Part shown: piece by piece, positions 1 to 8,290 of the stretch | How positions within the stretch are numbered: the stretch's first letter is position 1 | Layout of the letters: every line of letters begins with the position of its first letter | Source: a virus | IMG/VR virus record: IMGVR_UViG_3300023314_000001 | Span: 1-64,000 of that record | Reading direction: 5' to 3' (one strand) | Length of the DNA stretch: 64,000 nucleotides | The notes under the pieces: generated by a model | What the model was told of the DNA's origin: nothing | The model's database searches: none | The model's input: only the letters and a program-made list of their open reading frames with translations | Program-made: the position numbers and the translations under genes

Positions 1-4
1 AAAA

Positions 5-505
5 CTAAGAAAACATTTTACCTGTAGACAAAAACTCATATTCATTAGCAATAAGAGTTTCTTTAATAGCTTCACTAGATAGTCTATATTCTAAATCAAT
101 TTCTAACATCTTTAAATAACATTTAAGTAAGTCATGAAGAAACTGTTTTTCTCTGTCATCAAAATAATCATAAAAATCTTGCGCTCTTATTTCTTTTTCT
201 GCTTCATCAAATTCTATAATAAATTGCTTAGCTAATAAATAAGTTTCACAATTTTCTCCGTGATGCTCAATTATATTTTTTGCTGTTGTATACCCACCGT
301 TATAAAACTTGCCTGTAATCTCTTTTCTATCTAAATCAAAAGATTCTATATGCGCTTCTATTACTTGAATATCTAAGTAAATATCTTCCCACCAATAGTG
401 ACAGACATTTATATCTTGATAGTTTTCTAATGCTTTTTGCTGTGCTTCTTTGTTTAACTCATTAAAAGTATAAACCTTTGTTCTAATTGTTCTCATATTT
501 GGCAC
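5..505 (-). CDS. conserved hypothetical protein (uncharacterised phage/plasmid family)
   Basis: 166-aa ORF co-oriented with the leftward gene array. The N-terminal VYTFNELNKEAQQKALENY and C-terminal ANEYEF motifs recall an uncharacterised family seen on plasmids and phages (from memory only). Confidence 0.6.
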   Translation of the reverse strand: MPNMRTIRTKVYTFNELNKEAQQKALENYQDINVCHYWWEDIYLDIQVIEAHIESFDLDRKEITGKFYNGGYTTAKNIIEHHGENCETYLLAKQFIIEFDEAEKEIRAQDFYDYFDDREKQFLHDLLKCYLKMLEIDLEYRLSSEAIKETLIANEYEFLSTGKMFS

Positions 506-637
506 GCCTTTTTAATCTGAAGCGTCTAACAGTATTAAATTATTGTTTTAGTGTCTTAAATCAGCTAAAAATAGCTTTAAATTGTTTGTTGTAAGTAGGT
601 TGTAATTAAAATCCGCGAAAAAGAAATAAAAGAACAG

Positions 638-922
638 TTATAAATCTAAATTATCTAAATACGTACTAGGGAATTCCCACTCTAAACAGTCAAACATATC
701 ACTAGTAAAAGATTCTACATCATTCCCGTAAGTTGTTTCTGTTTCTTCTAAATATTCTGCAACCATTGCATACAAATCCTGATATGTAAATGTATCGTCT
801 AGGTCTTCTGCATTCTCAGGTATATAACAAACGCTATTAGGATTGTTTTTAAATGCGTTATAATCTTTATAAACTATTCCATTATAGTTGTCAGTTTCTA
901 AATAAGTTTTTAATGTTGTCAT
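638..922 (-). CDS. hypothetical small acidic protein
   Basis: 94-aa ORF, strongly D/E-rich, in the co-oriented early array. Confidence 0.6.
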   Translation of the reverse strand: MTTLKTYLETDNYNGIVYKDYNAFKNNPNSVCYIPENAEDLDDTFTYQDLYAMVAEYLEETETTYGNDVESFTSDMFDCLEWEFPSTYLDNLDL

Positions 923-1042
923 TTTTCTTTTATTTAATTGTTAAAAATTGTTAAGGTTTAAATTTAAGTATTCTCCTATATAAGTTCGAAGCCTGACCGA
1001 TGGGTCATATTTTTAGTATTTTAGAAGGAATAAATGTTTGTG

Positions 1043-1060
1043 GGTGGGGTTGTCCTCACC
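1043..1060 (-). terminator. possible stem-loop after a small ORF (no U-run)
   Basis: GGTGGGG-TTGT-CCTCACC forms a 7-bp stem with one G.T pair, 24 nt downstream of the stop at 1084. There is no T-run on the transcribed strand, so termination is uncertain. Confidence 0.3.
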
Positions 1061-1083
1061 TTTAGACACCTCTAAATATCTTT

Positions 1084-1227
1084 TTAGCTTTGACAAACAT
1101 CAATGATAGCAAGGTCTTGTCTGATTTCCTCTAGTAAAGCTATTGCATCTTTATAGTCTTTGTTTTGTATTGCTTCTATAGATAGGTTTATATCTTCTAT
1201 TAGTTCTTTTAGGTCTAGTTTGTACAT
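1084..1227 (-). CDS. hypothetical small protein (47 aa, below the ORF-track cutoff)
   Basis: Hand translation gives MYKLDLKELIEDINLSIEAIQNKDYKDAIALLEEIRQDLAIIDVCQS. It fills an otherwise empty gap, and a GC-core element lies 27-33 nt upstream. Confidence 0.4.
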   Translation of the reverse strand: MYKLDLKELIEDINLSIEAIQNKDYKDAIALLEEIRQDLAIIDVCQS

Positions 1228-1289
1228 AATTTAACTGTTTTTATTTCTTTTTTGCGCGCCTTTATGTCGTGTTCCTTTACATATATACA

Positions 1290-1493
1290 CTATAATACGA
1301 CATTTGCCACTTTATAGACTATGTAATCAATAGTTTCATAAGGAATATCTCTGTATAAGGTTCTAGTTGATATACTTAATAAGGCTGATACTTGTGTTTT
1401 GAACCTATAAATAGTTATTTCCTTGGTATTTTTATTTAGTACTGCATACTTTAATGCTCTTTTAAGTACTTTCTTATTGTCTTTATGTCGCAT
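1290..1493 (-). CDS. small helix-turn-helix DNA-binding protein (putative regulator)
   Basis: 67 aa. The segment ALLSISTRTLYRDI resembles the (S/T)xxTLYR recognition helix of resolvase or excisionase-type HTH domains. A TACATTTG -7-like box lies at 1522-1529 on this strand. Confidence 0.5.
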   Translation of the reverse strand: MRHKDNKKVLKRALKYAVLNKNTKEITIYRFKTQVSALLSISTRTLYRDIPYETIDYIVYKVANVVL

Positions 1494-1549
1494 TCATTAG
1501 CTTATATGGTTAATAATACGACAAATGTAATAATATTATTTGAATTAAA

Positions 1550-1861
1550 CTAAATAAATTTTTCTTTGTCGTTATTCATTGGTAAAATAAAATCTAACAG
1601 GTTACTAAATACTATAGGCGTTTCAGGTGCTAATAAGTTAAACCCTTCTTTTACATACCATGTTCTTGTTGTTTCTATTGCAGTTAACAGTTCTTTGTTA
1701 ATTTCTTTTTTCCGCAATAACTCATTTGCTAGTTCGTGTTTACCTCTAAAACAATTATCACAAAAGCAATTTTCAGATTTTATTGGTTTGTCATACTCTT
1801 CATAGTTAGGATTACGTTTGTCGTATATACATAACTGTTCTTTTATTTGTTGTGTAGTCAT
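1550..1861 (-). CDS. hypothetical protein with Cys cluster
   Basis: 103-aa ORF containing NCFCDNCFRG. Its start overlaps the upstream stop (ATGA). Confidence 0.65.
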   Translation of the reverse strand: MTTQQIKEQLCIYDKRNPNYEEYDKPIKSENCFCDNCFRGKHELANELLRKKEINKELLTAIETTRTWYVKEGFNLLAPETPIVFSNLLDFILPMNNDKEKFI

Positions 1862-2133
1862 TTTCTTTCTGTTTTTAAATCTTTTTCGCGGAAATTGTTA
1901 TACTTATCTTTAATAAGTTTGATAGCTATTAATTTACCTGTTCCTAAATCTTCATAACAAATGAAGTTAATATTTGTAAGTAATAAATCCCACGTCTTAA
2001 AGCTTTTTATTAAATCGTCTGTATAATATTCTAGTATTATATTTTGTGCCTTTTTAGTATGGTTTACCGCTTGTTTTAAACTCCTCTTATAACTTATATG
2101 TAAAGATAAAAGTTTTCTTTGTGCATCTTTCAT
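1858..2133 (-). CDS. hypothetical protein
   Basis: 91-aa ORF with 4-nt overlaps to both neighbours. Confidence 0.65.
   Translation of the reverse strand: MKDAQRKLLSLHISYKRSLKQAVNHTKKAQNIILEYYTDDLIKSFKTWDLLLTNINFICYEDLGTGKLIAIKLIKDKYNNFREKDLKTERK
1882..1896. repeat. GC-core dyad element TTTTTCGCGGAAATT
   Basis: T-run/CG-core/A-run element, 26-30 nt upstream of the ATG at 1861 and inside the 3' end of the upstream gene. Confidence 0.6.
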
Positions 2134-2375
2134 ACCTCTATATTTTTAAATTTTCCTATCTCTGTTACTGCTTCCAAACTTGTTTTAAGTTCTTTGTCTA
2201 GTCTGTTGTTTATTTCTGTTTGTATTTCTTTGAACAGTTGTATAGCTTGTTTAGGTGTTTTTTCGTCGAATATTGAAGTAACTATTTTACTTACTTTTAT
2301 TTCGTTGTCTTTTTTAACTGTTTCTATTTTCTTTTTGCGCAAATAAGCTTGGCATTTTTTAATAAGTTTTTCCAT
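2130..2375 (-). CDS. hypothetical protein (K/E-rich, helical)
   Basis: 81-aa ORF in the array. Confidence 0.6.
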   Translation of the reverse strand: MEKLIKKCQAYLRKKKIETVKKDNEIKVSKIVTSIFDEKTPKQAIQLFKEIQTEINNRLDKELKTSLEAVTEIGKFKNIEV

Positions 2376-2401
2376 TGTTTTAGTTTTTATTTTTCGAGGA
2401 A

Positions 2402-2578
2402 TTAAGGGTTAAATATAATTTTAATATCCATTCTATGAAAAATTGAGTTATCATTTAGAGCAAAATAATAATTATCTGTTGCTATTATTTCCCCCTCTTC
2501 ACCATTATATAGTTTAACTCTCATACCCTCTCTTAATTCAGGGTATTGTTCTGCTGAATAATCTGTACAATCTAACAT
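2402..2578 (-). CDS. hypothetical small protein (58 aa, below the ORF-track cutoff)
   Basis: Hand translation gives MLDCTDYSAEQYPELREGMRVKLYNGEEGEIIATDNYYFALNDNSIFHRMDIKIIFNP. It fills the 2376-2582 gap. Confidence 0.5.
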   Translation of the reverse strand: MLDCTDYSAEQYPELREGMRVKLYNGEEGEIIATDNYYFALNDNSIFHRMDIKIIFNP

Positions 2579-2582
2579 AACT

Positions 2583-2834
2583 CTAACTATTAAATAATTG
2601 TTTTACTTCATTTCTATTCGCAAACAAACCATATAAAATAAAGTCTTCGCTTTTGTCTCTGTCTCCTATTAAGATTGTCTTACTGTCTTTTACTCTTTTT
2701 ATGAAGTATTGTTTAGTGCTGTTTTTCTTTATTAGTTTGAAAGATTTTGTTGATTGGACGGAAAGAACTGTTATTTCTTTGTTTTTATTTTTTTCCGCGA
2801 AATCCAATTTGTCTAAATATTCTTTAAGTTTCAT
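2583..2834 (-). CDS. hypothetical protein
   Basis: 83-aa ORF whose start overlaps the upstream stop. Confidence 0.6.
   Translation of the reverse strand: MKLKEYLDKLDFAEKNKNKEITVLSVQSTKSFKLIKKNSTKQYFIKRVKDSKTILIGDRDKSEDFILYGLFANRNEVKQLFNS
2791..2803. repeat. GC-core dyad element TTTTCCGCGAAAT
   Basis: Same family, but inside the 5' end of 2583..2834. Confidence 0.5.
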
Positions 2835-3067
2835 GATTTTAATTCTTTACGGTTTATTACTCTAGTCGCATATCCTGTTAGTTTATATTCTGCAAGGTCA
2901 TGTCTTACTAATGATATTCTTTGCTTATGTTTTCCATCAACTTTTGGGTATTCGTGAAACTCTTTTGGTTCGCCTTGTGAGTTTGTTTCGTACTCGCTAA
3001 CATCTTCCCACCCTTGACCGTAATTTTGTTGTATTACTTTTAAGTAATTGTATTTATTTGTTCTCAT
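2831..3067 (-). CDS. hypothetical protein
   Basis: 78-aa ORF. The QQNYGQGWEDV motif recalls an uncharacterised mobile-element family. Confidence 0.6.
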   Translation of the reverse strand: MRTNKYNYLKVIQQNYGQGWEDVSEYETNSQGEPKEFHEYPKVDGKHKQRISLVRHDLAEYKLTGYATRVINRKELKS

Positions 3068-3344
3068 AATTATCTGTTTTAATTGTTTTTATGCCGTTAT
3101 AAATACCTTCTAAGTAAGCGGTCATTACTTTTAATGAGCGTCTTGAGCAAGTTGCAGTCTCACCGAACGCGCCTCTATGCCCGCCATTTGTAATATTTAC
3201 ATTAATTAATCTGTAACCTCCGTAATGCGATGCGTACTCAATTTCTAAATAATAGTCAAAACCTTTGTCAATTGCCCCCTGTTTAGTTATTGCTAAATTT
3301 GTTAAGTGTGCAATGTCTGCTAATATAAGTTGTAAATTTTTCAT
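3054..3344 (-). CDS. hypothetical protein
   Basis: 96-aa ORF. Confidence 0.6.
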   Translation of the reverse strand: MKNLQLILADIAHLTNLAITKQGAIDKGFDYYLEIEYASHYGGYRLINVNITNGGHRGAFGETATCSRRSLKVMTAYLEGIYNGIKTIKTDNYENK

Positions 3345-3451
3345 ATATTTAGTATTTAAATAAGTTTTTATTATTTCCGCATAAAAAATTTGAAATAGAA
3401 TCGTACTTTACATACAATACTACAATGATAATAAATAAAGTAATCATAATG

Positions 3452-3568
3452 TTAGAATTTAGAAGTTAAATAATTTAATATATATTCTGTTACTGGAATT
3501 GCTACAACTATAAAGATAATTAAACCTATTAGTAACAACATTCCTTGTCTTTCGTTTGATAGTTTCAT
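3452..3568 (-). CDS. small single-pass membrane protein (38 aa)
   Basis: Hand translation gives MKLSNERQGMLLLIGLIIFIVVAIPVTEYILNYLTSKF, with one clear hydrophobic helix. Confidence 0.35.
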   Translation of the reverse strand: MKLSNERQGMLLLIGLIIFIVVAIPVTEYILNYLTSKF

Positions 3569-3603
3569 AACTGTTTTCTTTTTTAGTTTTTATTTGCCGA
3601 AAA

Positions 3604-3789
3604 TTAAACAAAAAATTGCAGAGGTACTAAAGTATAGACTTTTTTACCCCCACTCATTTTATATTTACCTATACCAATAAGATGTGCATTAGCGCTATTA
3701 TAATTTTTCTTACCTAGTTCAATTGCTTTGTCTTTTGATAGATTATAAATTGTACTTTCATGATCTATTCTTAAAAAATAATCTTTCAT
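3604..3789 (-). CDS. hypothetical protein
   Basis: 61-aa ORF. Confidence 0.55.
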   Translation of the reverse strand: MKDYFLRIDHESTIYNLSKDKAIELGKKNYNSANAHLIGIGKYKMSGGKKVYTLVPLQFFV

Positions 3790-3791
3790 AG

Positions 3792-4064
3792 TTATTTATT
3801 TATAAGTTTATATTCCTTCAATGTTATTGAATTACCCTCACAATCAAAGTAAATAGTATAACGATTGTCTGCACAATAATTCTTTTTAACTAAGTAATGA
3901 GCTTTCGCACTCTTATTGTCATTAATGATTAACTTAACGTAATAAAGTGTAATATAATTATTAAACATTTGGATTCTATAACCGTAATCTTTCTTAGTTA
4001 CTTTTGTTACTCTAGTTCCTTGTGTTTCTATTGGTTCTACTTTTAATAATTGATTGTAGTTCAT
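3792..4064 (-). CDS. hypothetical protein
   Basis: 90-aa ORF, 2 nt from its neighbour. Confidence 0.6.
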   Translation of the reverse strand: MNYNQLLKVEPIETQGTRVTKVTKKDYGYRIQMFNNYITLYYVKLIINDNKSAKAHYLVKKNYCADNRYTIYFDCEGNSITLKEYKLINK

Positions 4065-4094
4065 AATAATAAGTTTTAAATGAGTATTGTTTTT

Positions 4095-4280
4095 CTAAAA
4101 TCTTTCAACTGTTATTTTTATAGGTTGGTTGTTAACTACGCCTTCACAAATATATGCAAAATAATCTCCGCATCTTTCAATCCACCAATCAAAGGTTATA
4201 GTTCCACCTTTTGAAGTAATATAATAGTCTTTTATTAAACTAAGCTCTGTATTTTCGGTTAATGATACATTAATATTCAT
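4095..4280 (-). CDS. hypothetical protein
   Basis: 61-aa ORF. Confidence 0.55.
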   Translation of the reverse strand: MNINVSLTENTELSLIKDYYITSKGGTITFDWWIERCGDYFAYICEGVVNNQPIKITVERF

Positions 4281-5260
4281 AATAATATTATTTGAGTTAT
4301 TGTTTTGTTCCCCCGCTCCAATTCCATTGATAGTAAATTAAACTACTGCGAGGGATAATATTTTATAGAGGTTTCATTATTTAAAGTTGCAAGAAACTCT
4401 TTAATACAACTTAGTGCTTTCTAGGACGGCGTAAAAGCTTACAAAGAATTCCTAATTAATACTAAGTTAATAAGGCTTTGTTACTCTAAGGCTGACAATC
4501 CAACACTATTACAATATGTCAAAGAATTCGCTTCGCTTTGGTTATCCCGTTGGTATTAATTCGGGCAAAGATACAACTAAGAAAGAGTATTATTATTTTG
4601 ATCTCTTTCACTTGGTAAAGGTAATTTAAAAATAATTAAAATAAAACTTGCACAATAAAAAAGATTTTTGTATAAGGCTGTTTCAATTACTTAAAGAACG
4701 TTGTCGTTAGTATTCCTTAGCGACATTACAAATATAGGTCGAACATTTAAATAAAAATGCGTAAATAAATTTTTTTATATGAAAAGATTTTCGTATACGC
4801 GTGTGTGTTCATTATATAAGAGCGTTCATTTAAACTGAACAATAACAGATTTCGCGCAAAAAACAGTTAAAAACAAAAACGGCAATTAAATTGATTTTCA
4901 AAAACACATATTATTATATAGAATAAAGACAAACAAAGAAAGTGACAAAATAAATATTCTATAGAAATAAGTATAAATAAGAAATATAAGAATAGATGAC
5001 AAGCTAAAAACACAAAGAAAAAACTTGAAAAAGTGAAACGTAAAATTAGGCTTTCTAAGAAATTTGATTTGGTTTTGATACCAAAGTATGCGGGTAGGGA
5101 GAACTTTTGTAATCGCCTGGATATCAACACTGTAGGTCATTTCTTACAGATGCACGTCTGCAATTTTCTTTAAAAAACAAAACCCCTCACAAAATTTATT
5201 GCGGGGGTACATTTTAATTGAAACTCGAAGGCAGGGGTATTTCTGATATGGGGGTTCTAT
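4281..5260. other. roughly 1-kb region without a credible ORF (candidate ncRNA, origin or packaging region)
   Basis: The only ORFs (4867..5130 and 4898..5140) are two overlapping frames of a pyrimidine-only strand. The left half (4300-4620) is visibly GC-richer. The right half (4860-5140) is A/G-only on the plus strand. Hairpins and short repeats are present. Confidence 0.6.
5170..5209 (-). terminator. rho-independent terminator after 5261..5695
   Basis: On the minus strand the sequence reads ACCCC-CGCAA-TAAATT-TTGTG-A-GGGGT. That is about 10 bp of stem with one bulge, followed by TTTGTTTTTT. Confidence 0.7.
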
Positions 5261-5695
5261 TTAGTATACTGGGCTATTATATTTAAGTATGGGTTGCCAG
5301 TGAGTGTGGTTGGTGTATGTAAGGTTTTGTACGGGTATTACATATTCAAGACCATCTATTCTTCTGCACCATACATGATCAAGTTCTATGTCTGTTCTTT
5401 GAAAGTATTCATTATCTGGTAAGTCTTCTAAACTGTAAATATTAATCCAGCCATTATTATGTTGAAATTCTTTTAATTCTATTGGTCTCCAGAAATGTCC
5501 TTTGTCTGACATATATGTTTCTAGCTTACCATCGTCTTTGTAGAATCCTAGTTCGTTTAATGTTTTGTGATTTATTTTTTCTTCGCCCGAACTATAATCT
5601 ATTCTGGTACACCATCCGTCTTTATCTATAAATTCTTTTACTAAGTCGTAATTATCTTTATAGGCTTCTTTAATCAACTGTTCTTTTGTTTTCAT
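5261..5695 (-). CDS. hypothetical protein
   Basis: 144-aa ORF followed by a terminator. Confidence 0.7.
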   Translation of the reverse strand: MKTKEQLIKEAYKDNYDLVKEFIDKDGWCTRIDYSSGEEKINHKTLNELGFYKDDGKLETYMSDKGHFWRPIELKEFQHNNGWINIYSLEDLPDNEYFQRTDIELDHVWCRRIDGLEYVIPVQNLTYTNHTHWQPILKYNSPVY

Positions 5696-5713
5696 TTATT
5701 TTTCCCGCGATTT

Positions 5714-5857
5714 TTATAAATAATAGTATTTGTTATAGAGCATCCACATACATTGTAGAGCTTCTTCTTTAGTTTTACCCGCTCCTTGAAAAGTTAGTTT
5801 TTCAGATCTTATAGTTGCTGTAATACAATGAGCTAATTTTTGATATTTTATTTTCAT
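5714..5857 (-). CDS. hypothetical small protein (47 aa)
   Basis: Hand translation gives MKIKYQKLAHCITATIRSEKLTFQGAGKTKEEALQCMWMLYNKYYYL. It has an ATGA overlap with the exonuclease stop. Confidence 0.45.
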   Translation of the reverse strand: MKIKYQKLAHCITATIRSEKLTFQGAGKTKEEALQCMWMLYNKYYYL

Positions 5858-6651
5858 TCTTTTTCCGCCGAAATTAAAAATTCATGCAGCTTTTTGTTCC
5901 ATCTAGCATCATAGATAGCAGAATGCTCGTTTTCTTGTTTTGGGTAACTAGGGTGATTTTTTAAATCTAATTGTATATCTCCTCCTTCTACAATACCTAA
6001 ATAAGCTTCTTGATCAAATAATTGTTTTAAATCTCGACAATACTTGGGAAAACCTTTAGGTAAATTAATCATATTTCCAAATAACCAACAGAAAACAACC
6101 CAATCATAGTCCGCATAGTAAGCATAGAATTCTGGCTTAACTTTTTCATCATTTGAGATAACATCAAAATATTCATCCGAAGTTCCTAAATGCCAATTAT
6201 AAAATTCATCATTGGGGTCTAAAGTAAACCGTAATACTTCTGCTTTTATTTGATTATTAGTTTTACCATATTTTATTAAAAGTTTTCTCAGATTGTTAAA
6301 CGTGAACTTATGTTCTGGCGCATCTATGTAAATACCAAGCCTTATAGCTTTTTGTATGTGATTCCACTCTTTGTTATGAAGTTCGTTGTATATTGGTCTT
6401 AAAACATTGTCACGAATCCAGTAGTCTTTTATCCAATGCCCGTTTCTATGTTGATCACTTTGTTGTGAACGATTCCAAGCTTCTTTTAAATTAAAGTCTT
6501 TTGATATAAGGTATAGCTCTCGACCATCTTCACAAACTATTCCAATTGAAATCAAATCAATTGTATCTGGTGTTTCTTTTCTGAATAAACTAATTGGAAA
6601 TTTTTCTTTTTGTTTTCCTTCTAGGAATTCTGTATCTAGGTAGTATTTCAT
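5854..6651 (-). CDS. DEDDh-type 3'-5' exonuclease (DnaQ/RNase T-like)
   Basis: N-terminal YLDTEF matches ExoI D-x-E. C-terminal HSAIYDARW matches ExoIII H-x4-D. The 265-aa length is typical of phage Rv2179c-like exonucleases. Confidence 0.8.
   Translation of the reverse strand: MKYYLDTEFLEGKQKEKFPISLFRKETPDTIDLISIGIVCEDGRELYLISKDFNLKEAWNRSQQSDQHRNGHWIKDYWIRDNVLRPIYNELHNKEWNHIQKAIRLGIYIDAPEHKFTFNNLRKLLIKYGKTNNQIKAEVLRFTLDPNDEFYNWHLGTSDEYFDVISNDEKVKPEFYAYYADYDWVVFCWLFGNMINLPKGFPKYCRDLKQLFDQEAYLGIVEGGDIQLDLKNHPSYPKQENEHSAIYDARWNKKLHEFLISAEKE
5861..5875. repeat. GC-core dyad element TTTTCCGCCGAAATT
   Basis: Lies 4-18 nt upstream of the ATG at 5857, inside the last codons of the exonuclease gene. 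Confidence 0.6.
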
Positions 6652-6776
6652 ATATTTCTTTTTCTTTTAAAACTAGCTCTTACTAAATTGAAATCATATT
6701 TGTAAAACATTTGTTGTCTAAATATGGTACATAGTAAGCAGCTTATTATTAGGTTTAAATTTTCTATTTTTCTCAT
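6648..6776 (-). CDS. hypothetical small protein (42 aa)
   Basis: Hand translation gives MRKIENLNLIISCLLCTIFRQQMFYKYDFNLVRASFKRKRNI. It has an ATGA overlap with the exonuclease start. Confidence 0.35.
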   Translation of the reverse strand: MRKIENLNLIISCLLCTIFRQQMFYKYDFNLVRASFKRKRNI

Positions 6777-6780
6777 TCTT

Positions 6781-6795
6781 TTTTCGCGCGAAATT
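6781..6795. repeat. GC-core dyad element TTTTCGCGCGAAATT (contains the perfect 12-bp palindrome TTTCGCGCGAAA)
   Basis: Spans the stop codon of 6794..7183, 5-19 nt upstream of the ATG at 6776. Confidence 0.65.
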
Positions 6796-7183
6796 AAATA
6801 ATTGTTGGTGTTTTATAGTATTGATTTTTATACTCATATCCACACGAAGTAACTTTACTTTCTTGTTTAGAGATCTCTTCTACTTCAAGAGTGAAAATTG
6901 AACCCACCATCATAACTTGTTTTACTTTTACAAAAACTTTAGTAGTTGTCTCTTCATATCCCCTAGTATTATCATAATATTTATAATCATCCTGGACTTT
7001 TTCAGTGTAGTAAGGATTGGACGAAAAAACAGTTTTATAACTTTCACTTTTTACATTTAAAGAAATAAATTTTGTTTCTGTATTTGTCTGAGTTATTACT
7101 CCTGAAGCTTCTATATTTGTTTCAGAGTGATTATTTACTTCTTGCGTTGTAGTTCTTCTGTCTACTATTGTACTGTTAAACAT
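6794..7183 (-). CDS. hypothetical protein (T/S/E-rich)
   Basis: 129-aa ORF. Confidence 0.6.
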   Translation of the reverse strand: MFNSTIVDRRTTTQEVNNHSETNIEASGVITQTNTETKFISLNVKSESYKTVFSSNPYYTEKVQDDYKYYDNTRGYEETTTKVFVKVKQVMMVGSIFTLEVEEISKQESKVTSCGYEYKNQYYKTPTII

Positions 7184-7188
7184 TATTT

Positions 7189-7362
7189 TTAGTTTTTTAA
7201 TTCCGCGAAAATAATTCCTTGCATAATCTTTTTAAGAGAAGCTATTCCATTATCTCTCCCAGCTTCTGAACTGTAGTCTTCACTGTAAACTACTATTTGG
7301 CCATTTTGTGCTTTTACTACAAAATAATACATTCCGTTTTTTCTTTGTTTGCTTTCTATCAT
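7189..7362 (-). CDS. DUF1508/YegP-like small protein (57 aa, below the ORF-track cutoff)
   Basis: Hand translation gives MIESKQRKNGMYYFVVKAQNGQIVVYSEDYSSEAGRDNGIASLKKIMQGIIFAELKN. The pattern F-x-L-x-A-x-NG-x-I-x6-Y-x7-GI-x-S resembles one YegP repeat. Confidence 0.55.
   Translation of the reverse strand: MIESKQRKNGMYYFVVKAQNGQIVVYSEDYSSEAGRDNGIASLKKIMQGIIFAELKN
7199..7213. repeat. GC-core dyad element AATTCCGCGAAAATA
   Basis: Lies 16-30 nt upstream of the ATG at 7183. Confidence 0.6.
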
Positions 7363-7366
7363 ACTA

Positions 7367-7384
7367 TTTATTTCGCGCGATTTA
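7367..7384. repeat. GC-core dyad element TTTATTTCGCGCGATTTA
   Basis: Lies 5-22 nt upstream of the ATG at 7362, overlapping the last codons of 7368..7643. Confidence 0.6.
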
Positions 7385-7643
7385 GTAACTCTTTTATTTT
7401 ACGACTGTCAATTCCTGTAACTATGCCCAACTCATATTCTTTTAATATAATTTCAAGAACTTCTAAAGCTTCCTGACCGCAAACGATTAAATTAAAATCT
7501 CTGGAAACCTCTTCTTCTCTTTCATCTTGGTTTTCCTCAGTTGTATCTTCATCATCAATTGATTTTGTACAGATTAGTCTGCCGTCTTGATTATAGATTG
7601 ATGTGTCTGACCAATTATGTTCTACTATTTGCCATTTATCCAT
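7368..7643 (-). CDS. hypothetical small acidic protein
   Basis: 91-aa ORF with an acidic run, DDEDTTEENQDEREEE. Confidence 0.6.
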   Translation of the reverse strand: MDKWQIVEHNWSDTSIYNQDGRLICTKSIDDEDTTEENQDEREEEVSRDFNLIVCGQEALEVLEIILKEYELGIVTGIDSRKIKELLNRAK

Positions 7644-7662
7644 ATTATTTTTCTTTATTTAA

Positions 7663-7677
7663 TTTTTTGCGGAAAAG
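7663..7677. repeat. GC-core dyad element TTTTTTGCGGAAAAG
   Basis: Intergenic, 20-34 nt upstream of the ATG at 7643. Confidence 0.55.
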
Positions 7678-7762
7678 CCTTTCTTCAATTCTATTTATTA
7701 TTTTATATAATTCGTATCTGACTTGGTCAGCCTCGGCTCCAAATTGTCCATGTAAGTCATGA

Positions 7763-8230
7763 CTAATTTGTGCTAATTCTTCTTTTATTCTTTCGTATTT
7801 CATAATATTCTTTTAACTGTTTAATTCTTGTTTCTATATGTTCTGTGATCCAATTATATTCTGGTTTTTCAACTTTTTTGCCGCCGTAATCATAATAATG
7901 GGATAACGGTAAATTAATATTAGCAATATCTTTAGGCCTTAGCTTTAATTTTAAGTCGATTGCTTTTTTAATTTTGTCCTGAAATAATTCTGGAGAAATG
8001 TCTAATATTTTTTCACTTTCTTTTCCAAGTTTTTTAGCGGAAAATCCATGACACTCTCTTAGATGATCATTTAAAGTTGTCTGCCAATACCAATAACCTT
8101 CAATAGAATTAAACCAACCATGTTGGGTTTGTATTGGTGAATAACTAAAATTACTAAGCCATCTTCCTATTTCTGTTTTACCTTTGGAGTAAATGTTTAT
8201 ATGTGTTTCTCCGTCAATACCTTCTATCAT
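7763..8230 (-). CDS. hypothetical protein with NADAR-like motifs (tentative)
   Basis: 155 aa. WLSNFSYSPIQTQHGWFNSIEGYWYW followed by AKKLGKE resembles the NADAR/YbiA core (LSNF..P......F.S.EhYyq ... aKklGr). The gene has its own promoter and an upstream terminator. Confidence 0.35.
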   Translation of the reverse strand: MIEGIDGETHINIYSKGKTEIGRWLSNFSYSPIQTQHGWFNSIEGYWYWQTTLNDHLRECHGFSAKKLGKESEKILDISPELFQDKIKKAIDLKLKLRPKDIANINLPLSHYYDYGGKKVEKPEYNWITEHIETRIKQLKEYYEIRKNKRRISTN

Positions 8231-8234
8231 TTTA

Positions 8235-8264
8235 CAAATTTAGTAATTATTTTTGAATTGACAA
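8235..8264 (-). promoter_or_regulatory. Bacteroidota-type promoter (TTG-N19-TAAATTTG) for 7763..8230
   Basis: The minus strand reads TTG(8264-8262)-19 nt-TAAATTTG(8242-8235)-TAAA-ATG(8230). Only 4 nt separate the -7 box from the start codon. Confidence 0.65.
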
Positions 8265-8290
8265 AATATTTTCTTATTTATTTTTGCTCG

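Noticed and set aside
3349-3447. Possible 32-aa minus-strand ORF (MITLFIIIVVLYVKYDSISNFLCGNNKNLFKY) in the 3345-3451 gap.
   Set aside because: It is very short and hydrophobic or low-complexity, no supporting signal was found, and its region overlaps a GC-core element. It is left unannotated.
4867-5140. Two overlapping minus-strand ORFs (4867..5130, 87 aa; 4898..5140, 80 aa) giving F/L/S/I-rich, membrane-like peptides.
   Set aside because: The minus strand here is almost pure pyrimidine, so stop codons cannot occur in several frames. Two frames are open over the same stretch, the peptides are low-complexity, and no start context was found. This is treated as a composition artefact inside the non-coding island.
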